The notes beneath the pieces are model-generated. The model saw nothing but the letters and a program-made list of their open reading frames with translations, did no database searches and was not told the DNA's origin. This document shows positions 10,361-22,100 of a stretch of 51,801 nucleotides of DNA, piece by piece (within the stretch, counting starts at the first letter, position 1; the number at the start of each line of letters is the position of its first letter). Both the position numbers and the translations under genes were made by a program. The stretch spans positions 1 through 51,801 of the forward strand of contig CALSCP010000031.1 of assembly GCA_943704425.1 (NCBI GenBank), given 5' to 3'. This DNA is from Ministeria vibrans ATCC 50519 (Eukaryota > Protista > Filasterea).

Positions 10361-10452
10361 ACTTTTATTTTACAATAAAAATAATTATACTGACAATAAT
10401 AATAATTATTAAGAACGACGATGATGTTTTTGATGATGTATGCGTCTGCTCA

Positions 10453-11721
10453 TCATATGTCGGCAGGCACCGGCCAAAGATGGAGCTGGTGGTCGTAGAA
10501 GCTACAGGTGGCAATGCGATGAGGCGCGTGTGGGTGCCAGTCTGCGCCGTACGCAATGCTCCCGTGCGCACTGTACTCGTGGACCACGCGAGCCTCAGTG
10601 CCTACGCGCAGCAAACGCACACCTGCGTACATGCATGGCGCAACCAGCAGCGTAGGGTCTGTGGGGTGCCACTGTCCAGATTGCTCTCTCAAGTCAGAAA
10701 ACATCCATAGTTGTAAAAGCTCTTACCTTGAGACGCCATACGCCACCTCCGACAGAGACAGAATCGATCGGCCGTCGCATATTTCGACCGTCCCACACCT
10801 TGATGGTGTCATCGTAGCTGCACGCGATTTGATGTCAAAATTCAAAACGACGGCTGTTTGGTATACCTGCCAGTCACCAAAAGGTGCTCGACTAGCGGAC
10901 TGGACTGGACACTGCACACGCCCATTGAGTGCCTGTGATAGCATAAAAGTAATGAACGCTGAGCTTATTGCTTGTGGGAGGGGGGAGGGGGGCACGTACG
11001 CTTTGCTTGTGAATGTGGCCACGGAAGGGTTCTGGCGAGTGTCCCAACCGCGCAGACGGCAGTCGTCGCCTCCCGAGTAGACCAGGTGGGGCTGCCAACA
11101 ATCGTACGCTGCAATCCACGCCTCAAATGAATGCGCATTCCAAGTCTGTGTTACACGCAGTTCACCGCCCGGTGCATCCGCTGCCACGAGTGAAATGTCT
11201 CCCAGCGAATCGCTCACGACAATCTCTGGTGAGACGTCTTGTGCATTGCGCCGAGTGTTCCATTCCAGCGACAGTCTCAAGGCTTCTTTCTCGTCCTGCT
11301 CTCGCCAGCCCGTCGCATCGTTGCATACGCACGTGCCGACCGGCAGCCCATCCAGGCCTTTGTCGAATCTAAAGGTCGACAGGCAGCCCACGGCATCGGC
11401 CAGTGCGAGCAGCGGACCATTCCCGTGGCGACTCCACTTCATGTCGAGGATTGCTGCCGTGTCCTGTCGCCACACCTCACACACCCTGTCCTCGCCGTCG
11501 TCTCCCGCCTCATTCTCCACCTTGTACAGCAAGAGACGCCCAACACGCTCCTTGGCGCCTGTCTGTGTCTCCTCCTACTCCCCTTGATGCTTTAGTATAT
11601 TTCTGCCTTTTTTTTTTTTCGACCGAACCTCTGTGAGTTGGTACGTGCCGCACGCAAGCCAAGAGCCATCGGGACTCCACTCTGTCGAGTCTGCACTGTA
11701 CTCGGTGTCCACGACGACCAT
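10453..11721 (-). CDS. DPH7: Diphthine methylesterase (WD40, DPH7/WDR85)
   Basis: DTEYSADSTEW..LACGTYQL; AILDMKW; AHSFEAWIAAYD..LVYSGGDD; HGSIAYGADW; ATCSFYD. Confidence 0.9.
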
Positions 11722-12112
11722 TGACAACAAAATAATTTAAATAAATAAGAATTAAGAAGAATAAGAATCAAGAATGACGATTACTTTCTTTATCAATCAC
11801 AAAGACGTCAAAAATATAATAATAAATCAAGTATTGTATCAAATTTAATTATTTATTATTTTTTATTAAGTAGTGACAGGACATTGGTTTTACTATCTTG
11901 ACTCATTCTTGAGTAGTTTGGTTTGTCTTTTTTCGTGAGTGACTTGTACTGATTATCACTCTCCTTCTAATTATAGATCTGGTGACTGTATCATGAATAA
12001 ATGGGTTGTATTCTTCTTCTAATTATTATCAACCTCTATTTACACAATCAGAAAACCCCGACAATAATAAGGATTGAGCTCACTTAAATCACCTTTGACA
12101 AAATTGTACAAT

Positions 12113-13623
12113 TTATAACAACTTGAGTCTCACACGCCCTTCAAGACCAATCGCATCATCGCCATTCTTGCTGCCATTCGGCTGCTCTTCTTCGACACAA
12201 AGCCAATGCACGCGTACATTAAAGGCAACCACGACGCGGGGTGTTGTGGGATCGAGGTGAGGCTCGACATAGTGCTCGAGCCACGAAGGAAAAATAAACA
12301 CGCTTCCTTGCTCGGGCGAAATACATTCACGTAGACCAGTGGGACGGGCATCCATAAAACATAAAGGGGACATCTCGCCTGCACTGGCATAGTACACGCC
12401 GGAGATATGCGTGTCGGGGTGAGTATGAGGTGCATTGAAGGCACCAACTGGCGACACATTTATCCACGCGTGGACAATGTCCACTTCAAGTGTACCCCCT
12501 CTTGAATCCAGTTGTACACCCAGTAGCGCAACAGTGTAATTAAAAACAGCCTGGCTAATGTAGTTGCGCAGTTGATACATCGCGTGAGGCAGGTTGTGGC
12601 CGGAGTGAAACAGATCCGCGCGCGACTGTACTCCGCCACGCTTGTTACTCTTGTGCACGGTCGGAAGAGTTTTCGCAAGTCGCTCGAGGGTTGAGCATAG
12701 AGAGGACGCATCAATATTAGAGAAGGGTACCCGCATAATGGACGTGTGCCAATGGCGTGTACGGCGGACTTGCTCATCCGCGGAGGGAGTAGAGCGGTTG
12801 TGTGTGTGTACTAGCACTCGCACTGAATTGGCGACGGTCATATAAAACGACACGTACGATGGAAAAGACACTGTCATGTTCCGCCTCAACGTGATACGAT
12901 ATGGCATTGTAGTGTCGTCTAGGGAAAGCGAGCTCCACAGAGGAAAGGCAGCGCTGCGCGGGTCGGTCAAGGACAGTGTTCCCCCGTCACCCGCATCGCC
13001 GTCTTCGTCACAGTCGAGAAGCGACACAGAGGTCCAAGCACCAGCGTGACCCAACCCCCACCGACTGGAAACAAACGGTCCAACGTGAACGAGCGACGTG
13101 GAAATTGAGGGCGCAAGATAGGCGGACTCATCTTGACTATTTGGTTGCACGGTCACGTCGCACGCCCACAGCTTCAACAGGCTTGTTTGTAGCTGATGTG
13201 CCTCCCCCATCGAAAGCGAATACCAGTCACTGATCGCTTCACCACCAAGGCGCATCAACAGCTTTCGTGTCTGCTCAGCTTCCGTCGAAGACAAGCGCGA
13301 GTCGCCGAGTGCGCGACGTAGCAACGCCTTTGCTCGCCCAGCGTCCTCTGCAACCGAAACCAGCCAGTACCAGTCAATATAGAAGCAGCCTTGTGTGGCA
13401 CGCATCACGCACCTGTGCCGAGGAGCCGCGCCAGTCGCGCCATGGCAAGGCCACACGTCTCGTCAGTCGCAATCGCGTCCTCCAGACTCTGGCGTGCCCC
13501 TGCAGCATTCCCCTGCAGCTTTGCAAGCTGTGCCGCACCCACGAGCCCAATCGCTTCATTGGAGCACGAATAGGTGCAGCTGAAAAACAGAGTAAGCAGC
13601 ACAGCCAGGTGAAGGCACCGCAT
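12113..13623 (-). CDS. Signal-peptide protein with TPR-like helices and 2OG-Fe(II) oxygenase domain (TIGR02466-like)
   Basis: Exon 1 MRCLHLAVLLTLFFSC (signal-like), one GT-AG intron, C-terminal AWINV..FNAPHTHP..ISGVYY..FPSWLEHYVEP..RVVVAFN (HxH...H...R). Confidence 0.75.
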
Positions 13624-13765
13624 GCGAAGAAAATTGTATTCTGACTATGCTGCATGATCAATATGTTAGGAAAGAAAAGTAAAATGAGCACTTTGGCCCT
13701 TCTGAATTCCGCTTCAACAATCCATAAATTCTTAATAAAAACAGGTATAACTTCTTTTCAAAATT

Positions 13766-14292
13766 TTAGTTAGGAATGGCGAGAAGAACAATCATGGCGA
13801 CCATCAAGAGGAATATACAGCAGCACATTCCGCCCGTCTTGACCTTCTCTGACACCTCCATGACGTGTTTGGTCTCGCGCTTGAGTAGCGAGTGTGTCTT
13901 GTCCACCTGCGAGTCCAGATCGTCCAGCAGCCCCTCCTGATCCTCCAGTTCATTCCCAATTGCCTAAACATACACACACACCAAACTCAGCACACACACA
14001 CACACACACACACACAGGCACACAGCCTCACTCCACTCGCTTCTTACCATTCCAAGCTGCTTCTGTCTTGCAATCGACGCACTCAGTAAGTCCAGCCCTT
14101 CATCTTGCTCTATATTGAAACAAAAGTGTGAATACTTTATCATTTGGTTTCTCCCCCCCCCCCCCTNNNNNNNNNNNNNNNNNNNNNNNNNNNNNNNNNN
14201 NNNNNNNNNNNNNNNNNNNNNNNNNNNNNNNNNNNNNNNNNNNNNNNNNNNNNNNNNNNNNNNNNNNNNNNNNNNNNNNNNNNNNNNNNNNN

Positions 14293-14344
<52 letters not shown>

Positions 14345-15096
14345 CAGAGAGAGACAGAGAGACAGAGAGAGAGAGAGACAGAGAGACAGAGAGTATGATA
14401 GAGAGAGAGAGGAGAAAGAAAGGAGAGAGAGAGACAGAGAGAGAGAGAGACAGAGAGAGAGAGAGACAGAGAGAGAGAGAGACAGAGAGAGAGAGAGAGA
14501 CAGAGACGGAGAGACAGACAGAGAGACAGACAGAGACGGAGAGACAGACAGAGAGACAGACAGAGAGACATACAGAGAGACAGAAACAAAGTGATAGAGA
14601 GAAACAAATTGATAGAAAGTGATAGAGAAAGAAACAAAGTGAGTGATGGAGAGAAACTTGATAAAGAGCGAGTTGTTATATAGAAACAACACAGAGACAA
14701 AAAAATATGAAATGGATGGAAAGACAACAAGTAGAGAGCAAAGAGGCAGGCTGGTATGAGACGCAAGTAAGAGTAGGGCATGGGTGTGCGTACAGTCGAG
14801 GCCGCAGAGGAGTCTCCTGAGCTGGAAAGCTTTCTGTATTCTTCGATGAGACGTCGAACGGCAGTAAGGTCGGTGTCTAGAGTGTCGTGATGATACGTCC
14901 TACACAGGGCCGCACAGCGTCAGTCCAGCCCCCCCATCAGCACCGAGGCGCGTGACTCGGTGGCGACACGGTCGACGACAAGAACACAAGAAAAAAGAAA
15001 AAAAAAAAAAGAAAAAACTCCCCCACCAACACACTCTGACGCATCCCACGCACACCCTCGCCAGCCCCCCCCCTCGACGTACCAGTCACCACTCAT
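13766..15096 (-). CDS. STX8: Qc-SNARE, syntaxin-8-like; middle exons probably lost in the N gap
   Basis: Exons MSGDW|TYHHDTLDTDL...; EQDEGLDLLSASIARQKQLGM|AIGNELEDQEGLLDDLDSQVDKT... followed by C-terminal TM CCCIFLLMVAMIVLLAIPN*. Confidence 0.75.
14167..14660. repeat. Assembly gap (14167-14292) followed by intronic (GA)n/(GACA)n microsatellite
   Basis: Seen directly. Confidence 0.95.
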
Positions 15097-15244
15097 CTAC
15101 TGATACTCGACAATATACCCAACCGAGGCCAGTGACCTTCTGTTGAGAGTTTGAGTTGAAAATAAAATGAAGAAATTCAAGAATAATAATTAAGAAATTC
15201 GATCCTTTTATTCATATTTCAACTGGCTGTGAGCCGGCTGATCA

Positions 15245-16385
15245 CTACTGTCGTGGCGGGTAGCCAGGGTAGCCTCCGGGAGGTGGGTAGCCGGGAGCGC
15301 CAGCCGGGTAACCCTGAGGCGGTGGTGGGCCACCAGGGTAGCCAGGTTGCGCCGGGTAACCGCCCTGAGGAGGGTAGCCGGGCTGAGCTGGGTAACCGCC
15401 CTGAGGAGGATAGCCGGGCTGAGCTGGGTAACCGCCCTGAGGAGGATAGCCGGGCTGAGCTGGGTAACCACCTTGGGGAGGGTAGCCGGGCTGTGGAGGA
15501 GGTGCCTGTCCAGTCGGGTAGGTGGAAGCGGGCGGACCCGACGCACGATGATGGTGGTGTGAGGCAGCTGCCGCACCCACGGCCGCAGCTGTGGCTCCTA
15601 CAACAATCCAGTCGCCACTGTATCCTACAGCAAAAACAAACAAAAAATTAGCCTTGGACATACATAGACCACAACACACACGCACACCGCAAAAAGCACC
15701 TACCTGCTTCCTCAATGTCAAAGTGGGTTCTGGGACCAGCAGCGTGGTGCTTGTGCAGCGGTTGCCCGCGTGCGTCCACGCCAATTTTGTAGCCATGTCC
15801 TCCATGAGTCGCCTCGAACGTGACGGTCCGGCCACTGTGATGGATGGCACGGAAACGCGCAAAGGGGCCCGTGCCGCCGGTGCCCACAAGATGCCCTGCG
15901 CATGATGTATCCGTGTGAGTAAGCGAGTGAGTGAGTGAGTGAGTGAGTATGTGCGTGTGCCAGTGTGCTGTATATGTACCAGCCATGTTGATGGCAAGGT
16001 GATGGCGTCCATTGGCGCACGACTCGAAAATGTGTTCGCCAGGTGCTCCGTCGCGCACAATAAAGTGTGCCAGCTGACCGTGACTAAAGGCCCACAGATA
16101 GGGTACAAGGTGTGTGAAGGAGCAAAGGGGATGAGTTGGGAATTTCCACAACAACAACAATAAAACCCCCCCCCCCAAAAAAAAGAAGACTGTACCCGCC
16201 GTTGGCGTCCACTCGGCCGTCAGGGTGAATGCGCAAATACTTCCCAGTCTCGCGGCTTCGCAGCTGGATGCGATGTCCCGCGCGCAACTGAGGAACACAG
16301 AAACAAGACAAAAAAACTCGCCAGATGAGCCGTATCAAACGCAAATGCGCCTGCTCCGCCGTACCGATGATTCTTGTTGGCCCAT
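15245..16385 (-). CDS. Putative N-myristoylated beta-trefoil (fascin/ricin-B-like) protein with C-terminal Pro/Gly/Tyr/Gln repeats
   Basis: MGQQES start; three similar modules ([24 protein letters not shown] / [13 protein letters not shown] / [18 protein letters not shown]); tail ([12 protein letters not shown])x4. Confidence 0.6.
15337..15493 (-). repeat. Coding 36-bp tandem repeat x~4 ([12 protein letters not shown])
   Basis: gggtaaccgccctgaggagg(g/a)tagccgggctgagct units seen directly. Confidence 0.9.
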
Positions 16386-16673
16386 CTTTGTGAGGTTGTG
16401 CTTGCTACGTCAAGAAATCAGTCAAAGAATAATGATTAAGACGAAATGAGTCAACAGAACAAACTTAGCTTTCGCTCAGAAGTCAGAGCCCATAAGACAT
16501 AAATATATTATAGGGGCTTTAGTGAGTGTAGGTCATAGGGGCTAGGGTGCCAGACTAATTAGTAAATCGTAATCACTAAATCACACTATATTGACGTGAT
16601 ATTGACTTACTATTATTTGTTCAACAATTCAATTCAATGAATTCATAAGTATTCATTCATTTTCTGTCCGCCG

Positions 16674-17790
16674 ATGGACGTTCGGTATGTGACCACCCGC
16701 TTAGGGTGCGTCCTCCTGTGGTACATATTCTCCATGGGCCTTACCTTCTACAACAAGGCGCTCATTCTCTATGGGTATGCATCTGCACTGCGGTGCACCG
16801 TCACCCCTGTCAACTGTGTCTCTTGTCTCTCCCCATCGCAGGCTCAGCTTCCCCCTTACGTTCACCACGGTGCACTTTACAATGGTCTTCTCCTTTGCCG
16901 CGCTGTGGCGTGCCTACCTGGCGTGGCGCACCCCTGGCGCCCCTCCGCGCACCGTGCTGTCGTGGCGCGACTTTCTGCGGCGCGTCGTCCCCATTGCCGT
17001 GTGCACCGCCGCCGACGTCGGCCTGTCCAACGAGGCACTGCGCTACGTGCCCATTTCGCTGTACGTCATGGGCAAGAGCCTCTCCATTGTGTTCATCCTC
17101 GTCTTTGGCATCGTCGCGCGCGTCGAGCCCTTCCGCTGGTCCGTCCTCCTCGTCATCTGCTCCATCGTGGCCGGCATCGCCCTCTTCTCCATTGGCGACG
17201 TCACCGAGTTCTCCCTGGGCGGATTCACACTCATCATTGTCGCGTCGGCGTTCAGTGGCGGCCGCTGGGTCCTCACACAGATCCTCTTGCAAAAGGACGC
17301 ATTCGGCCTGTCGCATCCGGCCGACTCACTTTACCACGTCACTCCCGCCATGGCCATGTCCATGCTTCCCTTTTCGGCCGCCTACGAGGGCATTCCTTTT
17401 TTCTCGAGCCCTCTGCTGTTCCGCGGCGAGTCCCTTGCGCCCGCGTTTGTGTCATTGCTCCTCATCATGATGGGCGGTGTGCTTGCCGCGGGACTGCACG
17501 CCTCCGAATTCATGCTCATCAACCTGACCAGCTCACTCACGATGAATGTCGCGGGTATTGCCAAGGAGGTGCTTTCCATCCTGCTTGCCATGCTCGTTTA
17601 CCACGACCCCATGAGCCCCCGTGGCATCGGCGGCATCTCCCTCACCGTCGTCGGCATCCTTGTCTACAACCTCCTCCGCTACCGCGACCACCGCTCCTCG
17701 TCCAAGCCCCGTACATACGAGTCATTGCCCATTGCCGATCATGACGACGAAGACGACAACGGCGATGGCATTGACGACGAGCGTCTGTAA
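16674..17790 (+). CDS. SLC35C2: SLC35C2-like TPT-family nucleotide-sugar transporter (2 exons)
   Basis: WYIFSMGLTFYNK..FPLTFTTVH..TAADVGLSN..LYVMGKS..GGRWVLTQILLQK..TSSLTMNVAGIAKE. Confidence 0.85.
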
Positions 17791-17928
17791 AGAGAGCGGT
17801 GCACAATTATTGTACAGTGTAAACATTTTCTAATTCAGTTATTTAAATTTCATTCTCATTCATTTCCTAATTCTTTCATTTTTCTTGCGCTTCTTTGGTC
17901 TCCCGTCTTTATCGTTGACTGTAACATC

Positions 17929-18923
17929 ATGTCCAAAGCATCAAGGGAGGAGGAAATTGGCAAAATCCAGGTGTGATCGCCACTGAACAACAAACGCACT
18001 TCTCTTGTGTCTCTCTCTTAGTCTCTCTCTGTCTCTGTCTCTCTTTACTCCTCTTCCTTCTCAGGACCGCACACGCCGACTCACATCCGAGCTCATGTAC
18101 TCGCAGCGCGTCGACCTTGGCGGTGGGCGGCGCTACGACATTGAAGTCAAGGACGATGCTGGTGCGCAATGATCCCTTCGCCTCTCCCCCCTCCCCCCCN
18201 NNNNNNNNNATAAGAAAGTTACGACGAAGATCCTGCGCGAGATAAGTAAGAAAGAACCCCATCCCGTCATCTCTGCTTCTTGTGCTTGTAGACATTGGCG
18301 TGTGGACGGTGCGCCTGCATGCCAGCAACTTCCCCGACGACACTGCCTTGCACCAAGACCTTCTTGAAGCACCCAAGGTGGACACATCGTTCGCTCCCTA
18401 TGCCTTTATTCATCTACAATGTTTGTCTCTCCTATTGTAGCACTTGAAAACCGATCACATTGAAGTGGAGATTCGCTTTCCTGCCATGTACCCTCGCGAA
18501 CCGCCATTCTTTCGGGTCGTTGCACCTCGCTTCGTTTGGCACACGGGCCACGTCTCATGGGGCGGAAGCATCTGTCTCGAGTCACTCGTGAACACAGGCA
18601 CTGACCGTGGCTACCAGCAGACCTTCACGGTCGCCGGTCTGCTTACCATGGTTGTTCACAACCTCACGCAGGATAACCCTCCAGCCAATGTTAGCCAAGG
18701 ACGTCTCGACTTCAAACGTGATCGCTCCCCCGAGCGCACCTCATACGACCTCGAAGAGGCCAAAAAACACTTCCGTCGGATCGTGTCGCAACACGGCTGG
18801 AATGCACACGCGCCACAGGCGGTACCCTTGCCCACCTGCAAGTACGCTCCAAAGTGCTACCGAAAGAACCCGGACCACTGGAAGGAATTCTCTCATCCCG
18901 GTCAGCCTGATCCTCCCGCTTGA
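17929..18923 (+). CDS. UBE2Q-like ubiquitin-conjugating enzyme with C-terminal PBZ zinc finger (4 exons; small N gap 18200-18209 in an intron)
   Basis: RRLTSEL..WTVRL..LHQDL; FPAMYPREPPFFRVVAPRF..GHVSWGGSICLE (catalytic Cys); CKYAPKCYRKNPDHWKEFSH. Confidence 0.85.
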
Positions 18924-19138
18924 AGTCCCGATCGGCGATCGCTATTCAGCCATATTCATAGTTTGTAAATAAAGCCGCCCGACGTGAAAATAATATAATA
19001 GTATTAATTATTGTAATATAAAAAATTTAATATTATTATATTTTATGAGCCGTTATGTAATCCTCATAGTTGATTGAAATTGAGCTGATTTTTTTCAACT
19101 TCTTTCATTTATTTATTTTTTCTTCCTTCCTCTTACAT

Positions 19139-22100
19139 ATGGGCCGAAGCCGCCGAGCTCTTGCACGCGAGGCTCACATGCCTAAGCCACCGCCGAAGAC
19201 TGCACCGTCGGCGGCAGCCGCAGCGACCGCTAGTGCGGCTGGTCCCTCGAGACGGTCAACCCCAGCACAGGCATCAGCGTCGTCGTCGTCCTCGTCGATC
19301 CCTGCTGCCGCTGCGGCCGCCGCCAAGACCGCAACGGAACCGTCGTATTCGTTGTCGTCGTGGACCGGCAAGCTTCCGGCGACCCTGCTGCAGAATCTCT
19401 GTCAGAAGCACAAGTGGCATTCTCCGTCGTACCAGACAAAGCCGACAAAGCATGCGACGGTGCGCGTCCACGTGAGTGTCGCACGCGACAATCGCAAAAC
19501 CGGCAAGGTTGATCGTGTCGTGTACTGCGACGAGCGCGCCACGTACGACACGGCGCAGGAAGGCCGTCACTTTGCCGCAACGTATGCTCTCTACCAAATC
19601 AACAGTCACATGCCAATGCACCTCATGTTGCCGCCCCCGCATCGCGACTACTGGGTCCAACTTGACAAGAACGGTCCCAAGACCTCCCTTCATGTCCCCG
19701 GCGACCCTTTTGCTCCTGCGCCCCAACCAACATCCTCGTCCAAGTCGTCCACCTCCTCCTCCTCCTCCACCCCGACTACCGCTGCCGATTACCGCGAACG
19801 TGATCGTCGTCGTCAAGAGAAACTCCTCAAAAGTATGCCGTACGTGCGCATGAACGATGTCCATCGTGAACGTGTCGAGAGCGCCCTGCGTACCTCCTCC
19901 CAGGGCCTCCTTGCCGCCACTGCCCGTCACGCCTCGTCCACCGGAGTGTCGCGTCTCTTTGATGACACCGACACCGACTCCGACGCCCCATCGGCTACTG
20001 CCGTGGCTTCTCAGACAGCGGCCGCCACCGCTGCTGCGCGCAAACAGGTGTGGCAGACGGTGAGACGCGCCGTCGTCGACTTGGGCTTTGTGCGCGAGCA
20101 CGTCGACACCGCCGTCGCTTTTTACCGCGACACTCTCAAGGCGCAGGCAGACGATCTATTCTTCTCCCACGGCGACGATCCCGTCCAGTCCGTCCAGTCC
20201 AAAGTTCTCGACTGGCTCTGCCTCAATGTCCCCGAACCCGACTTGCCCACTCTCTTTCGTCCCAAAACTGTCAATGTTCTCGAGACTGGCTCGCGCGATG
20301 CTGTCCAACTCGCCCGCCAGTTTATGGCCGACCGCCTTGCTCTCTGCGGCTTTCCGCGCAAAGCTTGCCTGATGTCACTGCAGCTGTGCCACGACGACGA
20401 AGAGACCGCTCTCAACATTCTCTGTCGTGCCCTTGCCTCCACCGCAGACTCCGCCTCCTCCGACCTCTCCAACGCACCCATTTCCAAACGCCGCACCAGT
20501 GACGGTGATGCTGTCGAAGACAAAGACAACAATGTCGGCGAGTTTGGCAGTACAGACGCCGATCTTAAAGAAGAGCGTCGCGAGGAGCTTCTGGCGCTGA
20601 GTGATATCCTGGGCGAGCATCGACTGCAGCACCCCTCGCCCCACCAGGTGCGCGTCACCGTTCCGTCCGTCCGTCCGCCCCTCGCCCTCACCGCTCATTT
20701 TCCACTTGGCTCGCGCTATCCCCTTGAACCTCCCTCGCTCGTCGTCCACTTCCAAGACGCCGCCCTCGAACCTGCCGCTGACCATGCCAACGCCGCCAAG
20801 TCGCTGCATGTCTCCGCCCATGCGCGGCTTTGTCTCATGCGTGCCCTCTACACGTTTGCCCGCGATCAACTCGCAGGCGAGCCCATGATCTACTCCCTAG
20901 TCGACTGGCTCGAAACGCACGGCCAGGCCATGCTCGATCGTCCGCCGCCTCTCCAGTCGCTTCATCTGCACCACATCCAGACGCTCTTGGCCGCTCAGCT
21001 CGATGGGTCCTCGACGACGATCACTACGACTTCCACGACGAGTTCTTCCACAGATGCGATTGATGCTTCCAGCAACAAACAGCGCTCATCCCACCATGGC
21101 AAACGTCCGTCTGGTACCGGCGACCGTGCCTCGGGTGCACAACTCTTGCGCGAGTTTCGCCAACAGCAGACGCAGACCAAGTATAAGGAGATGCAAAAGT
21201 CACGCGAAAAGCTGCCCGCGTCAAAACACAAGCAGATTGTCGTCGAGGCGGTGCGTGGGAATCGCGTGGTGGTCATCAGCGGCGAGACGGGCTGTGGCAA
21301 GACGACGCAGGTGCCGCAGTTTCTTCTGGACGACTATCTGGAGCGTGGCGAGGGACACAAGTGTCACATGGTGTGCACGCAGCCCCGCCGCATCTCAGCG
21401 ACCGCCGTAGCCGCGCGTGTCGCCTCCGAGCGAGCAGAGCCCGTCGGTGGCATGGTTGGCTACAGCGTGCGCATGGAAACGCGCCGCAGTGCGCGCACTC
21501 GACTTCTTTTCTGCACCACGGGTGTCTTGTTGCGTCAAATGCAATCCGACCCACTCCTGCGCGGCGTCAGTCACGTGCTTGTCGACGAGGTGCACGAGCG
21601 CAATGTCGACACAGACTTTCTGTTGGTGCTTTTGCGTCGTCTCCTTGAGCGCCGCCGCGACCTCACACTCGTCCTTATGTCCGCCACACTCGACGCTCAG
21701 CGTTTTTCCGACTACTTCAGCGGTGCGCCCGCACTGCACATTCCGGGTTTCACCTTCCCCGTCGAAACGGTTTTCCTCGACGAAATCATTCGACTCACGC
21801 GATACAGCCTGCGTGACATCATCGAACGACAGAACCGCAAGGCACGTGGCAAGGACAACACGCGCGGTGGACGCGGCGGCGGACGCGGCGGCGGACGACC
21901 GTTGCGTGGAGCAGCACCCTCCAAAGGAGCATCCTCAAGCGCCATGTTGGCCTACTATGATGATGGTCGTGATGACGCAGCTGTCGGCCGTGAAAATGTC
22001 GATGACGACACGGATGACGGCGACGGCGCGGGGCGTGCAATTGCCATTCCGGCCGACGGTGGAGCGTACGGACTGTCGGCGGTGACGGACGATGCGGAGT

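Noticed and set aside
13964-14781. Long ORFs of ER/SL repeats
   Set aside because: Translations of an intronic GA microsatellite and an N gap
15337-15493. 36-bp repeats resembling a CRISPR array
   Set aside because: No spacers; in-frame coding repeats in a eukaryotic gene
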